From: Pelagibacteraceae bacterium AG-325-J13
GTDB lineage: Bacteria; Pseudomonadota; Alphaproteobacteria; Pelagibacterales; Pelagibacteraceae
Reading direction: 5' to 3'
Length of the DNA stretch: 64,000 nucleotides
Assembly (NCBI GenBank): GCA_003282835.1
Contig: QBYL01000003.1
Location: 21,491-85,490, forward strand
The stretch's first letter is position 1; each line of letters starts with the position of its first letter. Shown piece by piece: positions 1 through 9,600 of this stretch. Below the pieces are notes generated by a model that was given only the letters and a program-made list of their open reading frames with translations, ran no database searches and was not told the DNA's origin. Made by a program: the position numbers and the translations under genes.

Positions 1-233
1 TAGGAGGAACATTTTTTACGCCAATTATTAATCCTCCGGAGGTAGCAATTTTAGGTGTTGGCAAAAGTTTTGACAAAATTGTTAAAATACAAGGTAAAAT
101 AGTTTCAAGAAAAATTCTGCCAATTTCTTTATCCTATGATCATAGAATAATTGATGGAGCTGAAGGTGCTAGATTTTGTGTTTATTTAAGTGAGTGCCTA
201 GGAAAAGATTTTGCATTCAAGCTTGCTGTTTAA
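1..233 (+). CDS. aceF: Dihydrolipoamide acyltransferase E2, C-terminal fragment (probably pyruvate dehydrogenase E2; 5' end outside the window)
   Basis: Frame from base 3 reads GGTFFTPIINPPEVAILGVGK...LPISLSYDHRIIDGAEGARF (catalytic DHRxxDG); stop TAA at 231-233. sucB lies elsewhere in the window, so this is most likely the PDH E2. Confidence 0.8.
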   Translation, partial: GGTFFTPIINPPEVAILGVGKSFDKIVKIQGKIVSRKILPISLSYDHRIIDGAEGARFCVYLSECLGKDFAFKLAV

Positions 234-256
234 TTTAAATTACAATAATAAACACC

Positions 257-1159
257 ATGAATAAAAATTTAGTCTCTGTGATCTGTGCCATATCTTGCTC
301 GTTTTTATGGGGAACAGCTTTCATTGCACAGGATATGGGGATGGATTATATCGGGCCCTTTTCTTTTTCTGCTGGAAGAATGTTTCTAGGATTTATTGCT
401 TTAATCCCCTTTTTTTTATTTTTTGAATTTAAAAAAATCAAAGAAAAGAAAATTTCTTTTAATACTGCCTTAATTTATTTGGCTCTTCTTGGATTTTTTC
501 TTTGTGGAGGATTTGCATTACAACAATATTCATTACTTTATACTGATGTGGCAAACTCAGCAATATTTACAATATTTTATGTTTTAATAGTTCCTGCTAT
601 ATCTTATTTTTTATTTTCTAAAAAAATCCACTGGTCTGTTTGGCCCTCAGTCTTTGTTTGTATAATTGGAGCTTTTTTACTTACCGAAATAGATAATGTG
701 AATGTAAGATTAGGAGATACATTGGTTTTACTTGGCGCCTTTTTTTGGGCTTTTCATATTGTTTGTTTGTCAAAATTTTTGAAGTTGTTTAATTATCCTA
801 TCGCTATAACCATGGGTTCTTGCCTAATTGGATCTATATTTGCATTTATTCCTTCTTGGGCCTTTGAAAACATATCATTGGGAAATTTATTAATGGAAAA
901 AAATGAACTTCTTTACGCTGGTGTTTTATCAAGTGGGGTTGGGTTTTTGCTACAAGCTTATAGTCAACAAAATTTATCCCCAGCACCAGTAGCGATTATT
1001 TTTTCTTTAGAAGGTGTTTTTGCTGCAATTTTTGGATGGATACTTCTAAATCAATTCTTGAGCGATCTAAAAATATTTGGAATAGTATTAATATTGTTTG
1101 CAGTAATTTTCTCTCAACTAGCCCCAATTTATGTTAAAAAATCTCATGGACGAAACTAA
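257..1159 (+). CDS. DMT/EamA family 10-TM transporter
   Basis: LWGTAFIAQ, GRMFLG and SLEGVFAAIFGWILL motifs; two EamA repeats. Confidence 0.9.
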   Translation: MNKNLVSVICAISCSFLWGTAFIAQDMGMDYIGPFSFSAGRMFLGFIALIPFFLFFEFKKIKEKKISFNTALIYLALLGFFLCGGFALQQYSLLYTDVANSAIFTIFYVLIVPAISYFLFSKKIHWSVWPSVFVCIIGAFLLTEIDNVNVRLGDTLVLLGAFFWAFHIVCLSKFLKLFNYPIAITMGSCLIGSIFAFIPSWAFENISLGNLLMEKNELLYAGVLSSGVGFLLQAYSQQNLSPAPVAIIFSLEGVFAAIFGWILLNQFLSDLKIFGIVLILFAVIFSQLAPIYVKKSHGRN

Positions 1160-1520
1160 AAAAGGTTTTATGCAGAATATTGGTGATTTATCTTTCAAAA
1201 AGATAAATGACACGGATTATGAATTTAGTATTAAAGTTTTGGAAAATTTTTTGAATACTGGAGGGATAGCTCATGGAGGATTCATAGCTACAATCGCAGA
1301 TACTGGAATGGGAAATGCTGCACATATCGCAGCAGGGAACAAAAGATGTGTAACAATAAATTTGGATATAAAGTTTATTTCTGCAGGAAAACTAAATGAA
1401 AAATTATTAGGAAAAGTTAAAATTTTGAAACGAACAAAAACATTAGTTTTTATTAACTGTGAAATATTTGGTGTAGAAAGAATAGTAGCTACTGCGTCTG
1501 GTACTTGGAAAATTCTCTAA
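1146..1520 (+). CDS. PaaI family hotdog-fold thioesterase
   Basis: NTGGIAHGGFIATIADTGMG motif; likely start is the ATG at 1146 (MDETKK). Confidence 0.88.
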   Translation: MDETKKGFMQNIGDLSFKKINDTDYEFSIKVLENFLNTGGIAHGGFIATIADTGMGNAAHIAAGNKRCVTINLDIKFISAGKLNEKLLGKVKILKRTKTLVFINCEIFGVERIVATASGTWKIL

Positions 1521-3841
1521 ATTTTTCTTCTATAATTTAAATAGCCAATCAATAATAAAAAAAGTAGTGCAAAAGGATAAACAATAGCTTTATTCGGTCT
1601 TTCAGGATTTTCAATTTTAAAATTACTTATGATATCACCCATTTGAATCCCAGATTTTTTTGCCTCCCCTTTCCAGTTTAATTTGTCTATAACCAGTTGT
1701 TCATTTTGTTCTGAAAGTGCTACGCCGTATTCTTCTAAATTATATTCTTTTTCAAATTTTCCCTTATCAATGACGAACAATTTATATCTCTCTCCATACT
1801 CAGTAACCCTAGTTACTTTAATGTGAACTTCCTTAGCGGGGTCAAAAGAAAGTTTTTGAATAAACTCTGCTGAAAGTTTTTGCTCATTATATTTTGGATA
1901 AAATTTTCCTAAAACATAATCTGGAGCCAAAAATGATAAAGAGATTACTAAAAATGCTAGGGTTTCATACCATTTTAATTTATTTATAAACCATTGTTGA
2001 GTAGCGGCAGTAAAAACTAATATTCCTATCAAAGAGGTAATAATAACTATTAAAGCTTGCCAAATACTATCTACGCCGATTAACAAAAGTTCATGATTGA
2101 ATAAAAAGACGATTGGTAAAATTCCTGTCCTCAAACTATACCAAATCGCTTGAAGTCCCGTTCTTAAAGGGTCACCTCCAGAAATTGCTGCTGCTGCGTA
2201 AGAAGCTAAACCGACAGGAGGTGTAACATCTGCCATCAAACCAAAATAAAATACGAATAAATGAACTGCGATTAATGGAAAAATAAATCCAGAGGCGTTC
2301 CCTACGTCAACTAAAACTGTTGCCATTAAAGATGCTACTACGACATAGTTTGCAGTTGTAGGAAGACCCATACCTAACAATAAACAAAGTATTATAGTTA
2401 ATAAAATAAGTATAATTACATTATCTCTGGCAATTGTCTCAATTACTATAATTAAATTAGTGCTTAACCCAGTAGAACCTACCGCTCCTACAATTATACC
2501 AGCTGTTGCGATAGCAATTCCAACGCCAACCATATTAATTGCACCTTTTTGAAGACCAACAACTGTCTGATTAAACCAATCAATTAATCCAGTTTTAAAA
2601 TCTGGATTTTTAACAACACGATTTATTAAATTTACTATGACCAAAGAGATTGTTGCATAAAAAATTGAGAATCCTGCTGTATATCTCATATAAACAAGTA
2701 AAAAAATCAAAACAAAAATTGGTATTAAAAAATGTAATCCAGATAAAAAAGTTTTTTTAAGATGTGGTACGTCAGCATCATTCATTCCTTTAAGACCTAG
2801 CTTAAGGGCTTCGAGATGAGATATATAAAATAATGCAATGTAAGAAATAATGGCTGGTAAAAAAGCATGTTTGACAACCTCAAAATAAGTTACACCAATA
2901 AAACTTGCCATTACAAAAGCTGCTGCCCCCATTACAGGTGGCATTATCTGACCATTGACTGATGATGAAACTTCTATTGCTCCAGCTTTTTCTTGAGTGA
3001 ATCCTGTTTTTTTCATTATAGGAATTGTGAAAGTTCCAGTAGTAACAGTGTTAGCAATAGAAGATCCTGAGATCATACCAGTCATTCCAGATCCTAATAT
3101 TGCAGCTTTAGCTGGTCCCCCTCGCATTTTACCAACCATAGCAAAAGCTAAATCTAAAAAATATTTTCCTCCACCCGCAGTTTCTAATAAAGCTCCAAAT
3201 AGTACGAATAAAAATATAAAATCTACTGATACACCTATAGGAATTCCAAAAATTGCTTCCTGATCAAACCATTGAAAACCTACTAACCTTTTCACAGATA
3301 AACCTCCGTGAGAAATTATGTCCGGAGCGTATCTTCCAAAATAAGAAAATAAAAGAAAACAAATAGCAATAATTACTAAAGGCAAACCTATTGCTCTTCT
3401 TGTAGCTTCAAGAAGTATTAACATACCTGTAGCACCTATGATTAACTCAACTGGAATTTTAAATCCAAATATCTCTTTAACTAAAAGTATCCCACCTCTA
3501 TTAACAAGATCGTCATAAAAAAAATAAATATATAAACAACAAAATGCAGCAATTACACTAATGAGTATATCAAAAATAGAAATCTTTTTTCCTCTAACTG
3601 CTGGAAAAATTAAAAAAGTTAATGATAAGGCAAAACCTAAATGTATGGCTCTAGCTGGCAGACCTTTGAACATTCCAAAGTTTAACCAAAATGGAAATGG
3701 AGAAGCGTACCATAATTGGAAGAATGTCCAAAGTATTGCAATTCCAAAAACTATTTTTAAATGTGTGCCTGATAAGTTGCGTGTAGGAGAAATATCTTCT
3801 TGAATTTTTTCTTTGATCTTACTCTGAATGTTTTGATTCAT
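1517..3841 (-). CDS. TAXI-type TRAP transporter fused permease (4TM/12TM)
   Basis: GGPAKAA, ISGSSIANTVTTG, GQIMPPVMGAAAF, GMGLPTTANY and ADVTPPVGLA motifs; adjacent TAXI binding protein. Confidence 0.95.
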   Translation of the reverse strand: MNQNIQSKIKEKIQEDISPTRNLSGTHLKIVFGIAILWTFFQLWYASPFPFWLNFGMFKGLPARAIHLGFALSLTFLIFPAVRGKKISIFDILISVIAAFCCLYIYFFYDDLVNRGGILLVKEIFGFKIPVELIIGATGMLILLEATRRAIGLPLVIIAICFLLFSYFGRYAPDIISHGGLSVKRLVGFQWFDQEAIFGIPIGVSVDFIFLFVLFGALLETAGGGKYFLDLAFAMVGKMRGGPAKAAILGSGMTGMISGSSIANTVTTGTFTIPIMKKTGFTQEKAGAIEVSSSVNGQIMPPVMGAAAFVMASFIGVTYFEVVKHAFLPAIISYIALFYISHLEALKLGLKGMNDADVPHLKKTFLSGLHFLIPIFVLIFLLVYMRYTAGFSIFYATISLVIVNLINRVVKNPDFKTGLIDWFNQTVVGLQKGAINMVGVGIAIATAGIIVGAVGSTGLSTNLIIVIETIARDNVIILILLTIILCLLLGMGLPTTANYVVVASLMATVLVDVGNASGFIFPLIAVHLFVFYFGLMADVTPPVGLASYAAAAISGGDPLRTGLQAIWYSLRTGILPIVFLFNHELLLIGVDSIWQALIVIITSLIGILVFTAATQQWFINKLKWYETLAFLVISLSFLAPDYVLGKFYPKYNEQKLSAEFIQKLSFDPAKEVHIKVTRVTEYGERYKLFVIDKGKFEKEYNLEEYGVALSEQNEQLVIDKLNWKGEAKKSGIQMGDIISNFKIENPERPNKAIVYPFALLFLLLIGYLNYRRKI

Positions 3842-3863
3842 TTTATTTAAGATACATTATTCT

Positions 3864-3897
3864 AAAAAAAAAGGCCCAACAAATATTGGGCCTTTTT
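3864..3897 (-). terminator. Intrinsic terminator/stabilising hairpin between the TAXI binding-protein and permease genes
   Basis: aaaaaggcccaa-caaata-ttgggccttttt; a U9 tract follows the stem on the minus strand. Confidence 0.85.
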
Positions 3898-3917
3898 AAT
3901 TTAATCAAGTAGTTGGA

Positions 3918-4922
3918 CTACATTAATCCAGCTTCTTTATAATACTTTACTGCGCCTGGATGCAATGGAGCTGATAAACCGTCAGCTATCATATTTTTCT
4001 TTTCCAAAGGTCCAAAAGCAGGATGTTGATCTCTGAAAGAATCAAAGTTTTCAAAAACTGCTTTAGTTATCAAGTAAACAAGTTCCTCAGAAACGTCAGC
4101 ACTTGTTACAACAGTAGCTTTTACACCAAATGTAGTAGCGTCTTTTTTTTGATTTGAGTAAGTACCTTTTGGAATTACTGCTTTAGCATAATAGTCAGCA
4201 CCATCAATTAAACCCTGAACTGGTGCGCCAGTTAGATTAATTGGGCTCGCTTTAGCTTTGCAAGTTGCAGCTTGTTCCATAGCACCATTAGGAAATCCAA
4301 CAGAATATCCAAATGCATCTATTTTACCATCACAAAGAGCTTTTACTTGCTCAGAAGAAGTAAGTTCAGTAGTTGCTTTAAACATACTCATGTCTGCTCC
4401 CATGGCTTTCATCAGCTCCTCCATAGTTCCTCTTTGACCAGAACCTGGGTTACCGATGTTTACTGTTTTTCCTTTTAGACCTTTAAAATCTTTAATCTTA
4501 GATTTTTTACTAGCCCAAATTTGAAATGGTTCATTGTGCACTGAGAATACAGCTCTTAAATTACTAAACTGTTTACCTTCCCATTTGCTTGATCCGTTAT
4601 AAGCATGATACTGCCAGTCAGATTGAGCAACACCAAATTGAAATTCACCATCTTTAATTTGTCCAATATTATAGTTTGAGCCTCCTGTAGAAGGTGCAGT
4701 ACATCTATAAGCTTTAGCTGTACCTTTCTTTCTACCATGATCAGCACTTATTGCTGATTTGTGAAGCATTTTACAAATAGCATTACCTGTTTGAAAATAA
4801 ACTCCAGTAGGTCCGCCAGTTCCTATTGTGAAGAACTCTGCTGATTTAGCAATTGAAGTAATTGGGCTTGATAAAGCAAAAGTTACTAAAATTGCTGAAA
4901 TCATCGATATAACTTTTTTCAT
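3918..4922 (-). CDS. TAXI family TRAP solute-binding protein
   Basis: Signal peptide; IGTGGPTGVY, STGGSNYN, AQSD, GNPGSGQR and PLHPGA motifs; SD GGGAG at 4928-4932. Confidence 0.95.
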   Translation of the reverse strand: MKKVISMISAILVTFALSSPITSIAKSAEFFTIGTGGPTGVYFQTGNAICKMLHKSAISADHGRKKGTAKAYRCTAPSTGGSNYNIGQIKDGEFQFGVAQSDWQYHAYNGSSKWEGKQFSNLRAVFSVHNEPFQIWASKKSKIKDFKGLKGKTVNIGNPGSGQRGTMEELMKAMGADMSMFKATTELTSSEQVKALCDGKIDAFGYSVGFPNGAMEQAATCKAKASPINLTGAPVQGLIDGADYYAKAVIPKGTYSNQKKDATTFGVKATVVTSADVSEELVYLITKAVFENFDSFRDQHPAFGPLEKKNMIADGLSAPLHPGAVKYYKEAGLM

Positions 4923-4949
4923 ATGATCTCCCGTGTTTGTTAATGTAAT

Positions 4950-4979
4950 AATTTAACTATGGATAGAGACGAAGGTCAA
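4950..4979 (-). promoter_or_regulatory. Putative sigma70 promoter of the TAXI operon
   Basis: TTGACC (4979-4974), 18-nt spacer, TAAATT (4955-4950). Confidence 0.45.
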
Positions 4980-4987
4980 AGAGAATC

Positions 4988-6223
4988 TTATAAATTTTTC
5001 GCCCAATTTGATAATTTCTGTATACCTTCAACTACATTTGGTGCGTATTTTTCTATTATTTTATTATCTAATAATTTTCCATTAATATCTGCATTAAGAA
5101 ATTTTGTACCGTCAAAATCTATATAACACAATCTAGTAAGCATTTTTTTCGGCTTAAAGCCAAAGTCAGAAGCTGGCAGCATCGCCACTCCAGTTTCGTC
5201 TAATATAGTTTCACACAACTCAGTCGAAGATTTATATTTCTTATTAGGAAATTCTGGCATTAAATAAAATGCACCTTGAGGAGCATTTATTAAAACCTTA
5301 TTAGATTTTAAATTATTGTAAACATAGTTTCCAACAGATCTTAAAATGTTTACAGTTTTACTCTTATATTCACTATAATCTCCTCTGTAAGCTTCAACAG
5401 CAGCAAATTGAGCTGGACTATTAACTGTAGAGTAAGACTCACTTGCTAACGTTTTTATATTCTCCAAAAGTCCTGACAGTTTATCTGGAACTGCAAAAAA
5501 TCCAACTCTCCATCCACCTGCACCACACCATTTGCTTAAACCACCACTTATAAATGTTTTCTCAGGATAATATTGTGAAATCGACTCATATTTATTGCAA
5601 AATGTTAAATCTGTATAAATTTCATCTGATAAAATTATTATTTTATACTTCTTTGCAACTTCAGCTAATTCTTTTAAATTTTGACAAATTGTTCCTGAAG
5701 GATTATTTGGTGAATTAAGTATAAATATCAAATTCTTTTTTTTTAATGATCTAATTTTTTTTTCTAGTTGTTTAGCAGTTGGAAACCAATTATTTTCTCT
5801 TGTGGTTTGAATCCAGTGAACTTTATTTCTACCAATGATAGCTTGGGGCTCATAAGATACCCAGCTGGGTGCTGAAAGAATTATTTCTCCATTAAAGGCG
5901 ACATGCAATAAAAGCATTGCTTCTTTAGACCCTGGTGTAATAACAATATTTTCTTTTGGATAATTTATACTGGTCTTCTTTTTTAAGTAATTGGAAATTG
6001 AGTCTCTTAGTTCATTTAAACCTTGAATTGGCAAATACTCTTTTCTATGTGCATTATCTTTAAGGGCTGTGACAATTTTTTCTGGTACTGGAAATGGGGA
6101 TTGTCCAAATCCAAATTGATAAACTTTTTTACCTTTAGCTATTAGTTTCTTACATTTCTCATTTATTACTAAAGTCGATGATTGTTTGAGATTTAAGATA
6201 TTCTTTTTAGTAAGATTGCTCAT
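4988..6223 (-). CDS. PLP-dependent class I/II aminotransferase (aspartate aminotransferase-like)
   Basis: FGFGQSPF, NSPNNPSG, SDEIY and GLSKWCGAGGWRVG (PLP lysine) motifs. Confidence 0.9.
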   Translation of the reverse strand: MSNLTKKNILNLKQSSTLVINEKCKKLIAKGKKVYQFGFGQSPFPVPEKIVTALKDNAHRKEYLPIQGLNELRDSISNYLKKKTSINYPKENIVITPGSKEAMLLLHVAFNGEIILSAPSWVSYEPQAIIGRNKVHWIQTTRENNWFPTAKQLEKKIRSLKKKNLIFILNSPNNPSGTICQNLKELAEVAKKYKIIILSDEIYTDLTFCNKYESISQYYPEKTFISGGLSKWCGAGGWRVGFFAVPDKLSGLLENIKTLASESYSTVNSPAQFAAVEAYRGDYSEYKSKTVNILRSVGNYVYNNLKSNKVLINAPQGAFYLMPEFPNKKYKSSTELCETILDETGVAMLPASDFGFKPKKMLTRLCYIDFDGTKFLNADINGKLLDNKIIEKYAPNVVEGIQKLSNWAKNL

Positions 6224-6254
6224 AATAACTTTTTTTTAAAAAAAGCTATTTTTG

Positions 6255-6284
6255 ACCATACGGGGAACTTGGGATTTAAGTCAA
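6255..6284 (-). promoter_or_regulatory. Putative sigma70 promoter of the aminotransferase gene
   Basis: TTGACT (6284-6279), 18-nt spacer, TATGGT (6260-6255). Confidence 0.45.
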
Positions 6285-6396
6285 TTCAAATCTCGAAAAT
6301 TAGAACATTTGACAAATTGATTCGGTCATGTTTTAATCTTCATTTGTTCTCAGTAATTATCTATATATAGTATAAAACAAATTATCTAACACAAAA

Positions 6397-8868
6397 ATGG
6401 AAAATCAATCTAAAAACATTGTTGCTCTTTTAGGTCCTACAAACACAGGTAAAACTCATGTAGCTATAGAAAAAATGCTTCAGTTTAATACTGGAATATT
6501 TGGATTGCCGCTAAGACTTTTAGCAAGAGAAGTATACGATAAATGTGTAGAAAAGGTTGGTTTATCAAAAGTGGCTTTGATTACAGGTGAAGAAAAAATT
6601 ATTCCAAGTACTGCAGACTTTTTTATTTGCACTGTGGAATCAATGCCTAAGGATAAAAAAGTAGATTTTGTTGCTGTTGACGAAATTCAAATGTGTGCTG
6701 ATCGCGAAAGAGGTCATATTTTTACTGAAAGATTATTAAATGCTCGAGGCCAAAAACTTACGATGTTTTTAGGTTCTCAAGTAATGCGGAAAATGATTGA
6801 AAACCTTTTAGAAAATGTTGACTTTGAAAAAAAAGAGAGATTTTCTAAATTGAGTTACGCAGGTTACAAAAAGATATCTAGACTTGATAGGAAAGTTGCA
6901 ATAATTGCATTCTCTATCGAAGAAGTTTACGCAATAGCCGAATTGGTTAGAAGACAAAAAGGTGGCGCAGCTGTGATTATGGGATCTTTAAGTCCAAAAA
7001 CAAGAAATTCACAAGTAGGCCTTTATCAATCTGGTGATGTAGATTATTTAATTGCAACAGATGCTATTGGTATGGGATTAAACATGGATATTAACGAAAT
7101 TTATTTCTCAAATTTAAAAAAATTTGACGGAAAAAAAACAAGAAGACTCAATTTAATAGAAATGTCTCAAATTGCAGGCAGAGCAGGACGTTTTAAAAAT
7201 GACGGTGGATTTGGAACAACTGGAGATTGTGAAAATCTCAATTCAGACGAAATTGAAAATATTGAAAAACATAACCTTCCAGAAACTAAGATGATTTACT
7301 GGAGAAACTCTAACTTAAATTTTAGTAATCCTGAACAATTGATATCATCACTCGAACTTAAGCCAGATAACAAAAATCTTATAAAAACGAACGACTCTTT
7401 AGATGAAAGTGTTTTAAGATATTTTTTAAAAAAGGGTAATAATAATATTTTATATCATAAAAATTTAGAACTACTTTGGGAATGTTGTCAAATACCAGAT
7501 TTTGAAAAAAAAGCGTATGGACAGCATATCAACACTGTAGATAAAGTTTTTCAATTTCTTTCAACTAGAAAGAAAAAAATTCCAAGCAATTTCATGAAAG
7601 AACAATTAAAAGGTCTTGAGAAAGATCATGGTAATGTTGACCTCTTGTCTCACAGACTTTCAAATGTGAGAACATGGTCTTATGTAGCAAATAAAAAAAA
7701 TTGGGTTGAAAATTCCGACTATTGGATACAATTAACAAAAAATATTGAGGATAAATTATCAGATAAACTGCACGAAGAATTAACAAAAAGTTTTATAGAT
7801 AAGAAAATTTCCATTTTATCAAGGAGTTTAAAACAAGATTTAATTTTAAATACTGAAATTAATGAGGACAATAAAATTTTTATAGATAATCAGCTTATTG
7901 GGGAATTAAAGGGTTTAAAATTTTTAATTGAACTTACGTCAAAAACCTTAGACACAGACATTAAGTCTATAAAAAAAGCTGCTAGAAAAGGAGTTAAGGA
8001 GGAATTAGATAAAAGAATAGATGATATCACCGAGAATCAAAACATCAAGATTGACCATAGTTGCAAAATTATCTGGAAAGGAAATCCTATTGGAATGCTG
8101 AAAAAGGGCAATGACTATCTCGGTCCCGAAATAGATATAATTGCTGATGACTCAATTGAAGAAGAGACAAAAAATAAATTAGAGAAGTTTTTAAAAGGTT
8201 GGTTAAAAGAATACATTAATGAAGTTCTTGGAGATTTAATTAATTTAACCAATAAAAAAGTGGAAAACCAATATCTTAGAGCTTTAGTATTTCAATTATA
8301 CGAAAATAATGGAGTTATAAAAAGGGATGAAATTGAAAATATTGTTAAATTAATACCAGCTGTCGAAAGAAAAAAACTTTGGGGAATGGGTATTAAAATA
8401 GGCAGATACCATGTTTATTTACCTAAAATGCTTAAACCAAAAGCAGTAGAATTTAGAATTTCACTTTGGAAAATTTTTTTCAATTACACTAAAAAAAATG
8501 AAATACCTAAATCTGGGTTAAATTTTATCATTAATAGTAATTATGAGAAAAATTTTTTGTTACTATGCGGATTCGAAAAATTCAAAAATTTTTTTGTCAG
8601 AATAGATATTTTAGAAAAATTGTTTATCAAAATATTAGATAGCAGCAAAGATCGTAAATTTAAGATAAATGCTGAAATGATGAATTTATTAGGATGTTCT
8701 AAAGAAAATTTTTATAAATTAATGACCTATATGAACTATAAAAAAGATAAAATCGAGAAAGACACTTATATATTTAGAGGGGAAAAGAAAAAAAATGAGA
8801 AATTTATAAAATTTGACAAACAAGAAAATCCATTTAAAAAGCTTTTATCATTAAATTTAAACAAATGA
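6397..8868 (+). CDS. Suv3-like SF2 helicase (alphaproteobacterial MgpS type)
   Basis: GPTNTGKT, PLRLLA, DEIQM, ATDAIGMGLN and QIAGRAGR motifs; usual position upstream of fdxA-carD. Confidence 0.9.
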   Translation: MENQSKNIVALLGPTNTGKTHVAIEKMLQFNTGIFGLPLRLLAREVYDKCVEKVGLSKVALITGEEKIIPSTADFFICTVESMPKDKKVDFVAVDEIQMCADRERGHIFTERLLNARGQKLTMFLGSQVMRKMIENLLENVDFEKKERFSKLSYAGYKKISRLDRKVAIIAFSIEEVYAIAELVRRQKGGAAVIMGSLSPKTRNSQVGLYQSGDVDYLIATDAIGMGLNMDINEIYFSNLKKFDGKKTRRLNLIEMSQIAGRAGRFKNDGGFGTTGDCENLNSDEIENIEKHNLPETKMIYWRNSNLNFSNPEQLISSLELKPDNKNLIKTNDSLDESVLRYFLKKGNNNILYHKNLELLWECCQIPDFEKKAYGQHINTVDKVFQFLSTRKKKIPSNFMKEQLKGLEKDHGNVDLLSHRLSNVRTWSYVANKKNWVENSDYWIQLTKNIEDKLSDKLHEELTKSFIDKKISILSRSLKQDLILNTEINEDNKIFIDNQLIGELKGLKFLIELTSKTLDTDIKSIKKAARKGVKEELDKRIDDITENQNIKIDHSCKIIWKGNPIGMLKKGNDYLGPEIDIIADDSIEEETKNKLEKFLKGWLKEYINEVLGDLINLTNKKVENQYLRALVFQLYENNGVIKRDEIENIVKLIPAVERKKLWGMGIKIGRYHVYLPKMLKPKAVEFRISLWKIFFNYTKKNEIPKSGLNFIINSNYEKNFLLLCGFEKFKNFFVRIDILEKLFIKILDSSKDRKFKINAEMMNLLGCSKENFYKLMTYMNYKKDKIEKDTYIFRGEKKKNEKFIKFDKQENPFKKLLSLNLNK

Positions 8869-9257
8869 AGACTTTAGATCAGGATAATATAATTGGAATA
8901 GCAGCTTTACTTGTACACGCTGCAAGAATTGATGAACAATACTCTGAACACGAAAAAGGTTTAATAAAAGAATTTATAAAATCTTACTTAAAAGATAGTG
9001 ATTTGGATAAAGTACTTAAATCAGCTGAAGAATTGGAAAAAAACTCAAATCAACTATTGAGTTTTACTAATATTATTAAAAAAGAAAATAATGAAATTAA
9101 ATCTGATATAATTAGTCATCTTTGGAAAATAATTATTTCTGATAAATCAATAGATCAATATGAATCTAATTTAATGAGAAGAATTTGTGGTTTAATTTAC
9201 TTTTCAGATAAAATGAGTGCTGAAATTAAACTACAAATATTAAATAGCAAAAAATGA
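8865..9257 (+). CDS. TerB family (tellurite-resistance fold) protein
   Basis: [16 protein letters not shown] and [19 protein letters not shown] motifs. Confidence 0.8.
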   Translation: MKTLDQDNIIGIAALLVHAARIDEQYSEHEKGLIKEFIKSYLKDSDLDKVLKSAEELEKNSNQLLSFTNIIKKENNEIKSDIISHLWKIIISDKSIDQYESNLMRRICGLIYFSDKMSAEIKLQILNSKK

Positions 9258-9595
9258 CATATATAGTTAAAGACGAATGTATTAAATGTAAGTTAACGGA
9301 TTGTGTGGAAGTTTGTCCCGTAGATTGTTTTTATGAAGGAGAAAATTTCTTAGTGATCAACCCAGATGAATGTATTGATTGTGGAGTTTGTGAACCCGAA
9401 TGTCCTATAGATGCAATAAAAGCTGATAATGACGAAAGTGTAGAAGATATGAATAAATGGTTGTTGATTAATAAAAAGTTTTCTGCAATATGGCCTAATA
9501 TTTCAAAAAAAAAAGAACCAATGAAAGATCACGAAAAATTTAGAAATATAAAAAATAAATTTGAAAAACATTTTTCAGAAAAACCAGGTAAATAG
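9254..9595 (+). CDS. fdxA: Ferredoxin FdxA (7Fe type)
   Basis: [18 protein letters not shown] and [12 protein letters not shown] motifs. Confidence 0.93.
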   Translation: MTYIVKDECIKCKLTDCVEVCPVDCFYEGENFLVINPDECIDCGVCEPECPIDAIKADNDESVEDMNKWLLINKKFSAIWPNISKKKEPMKDHEKFRNIKNKFEKHFSEKPGK

Positions 9596-9600
9596 ATAAG

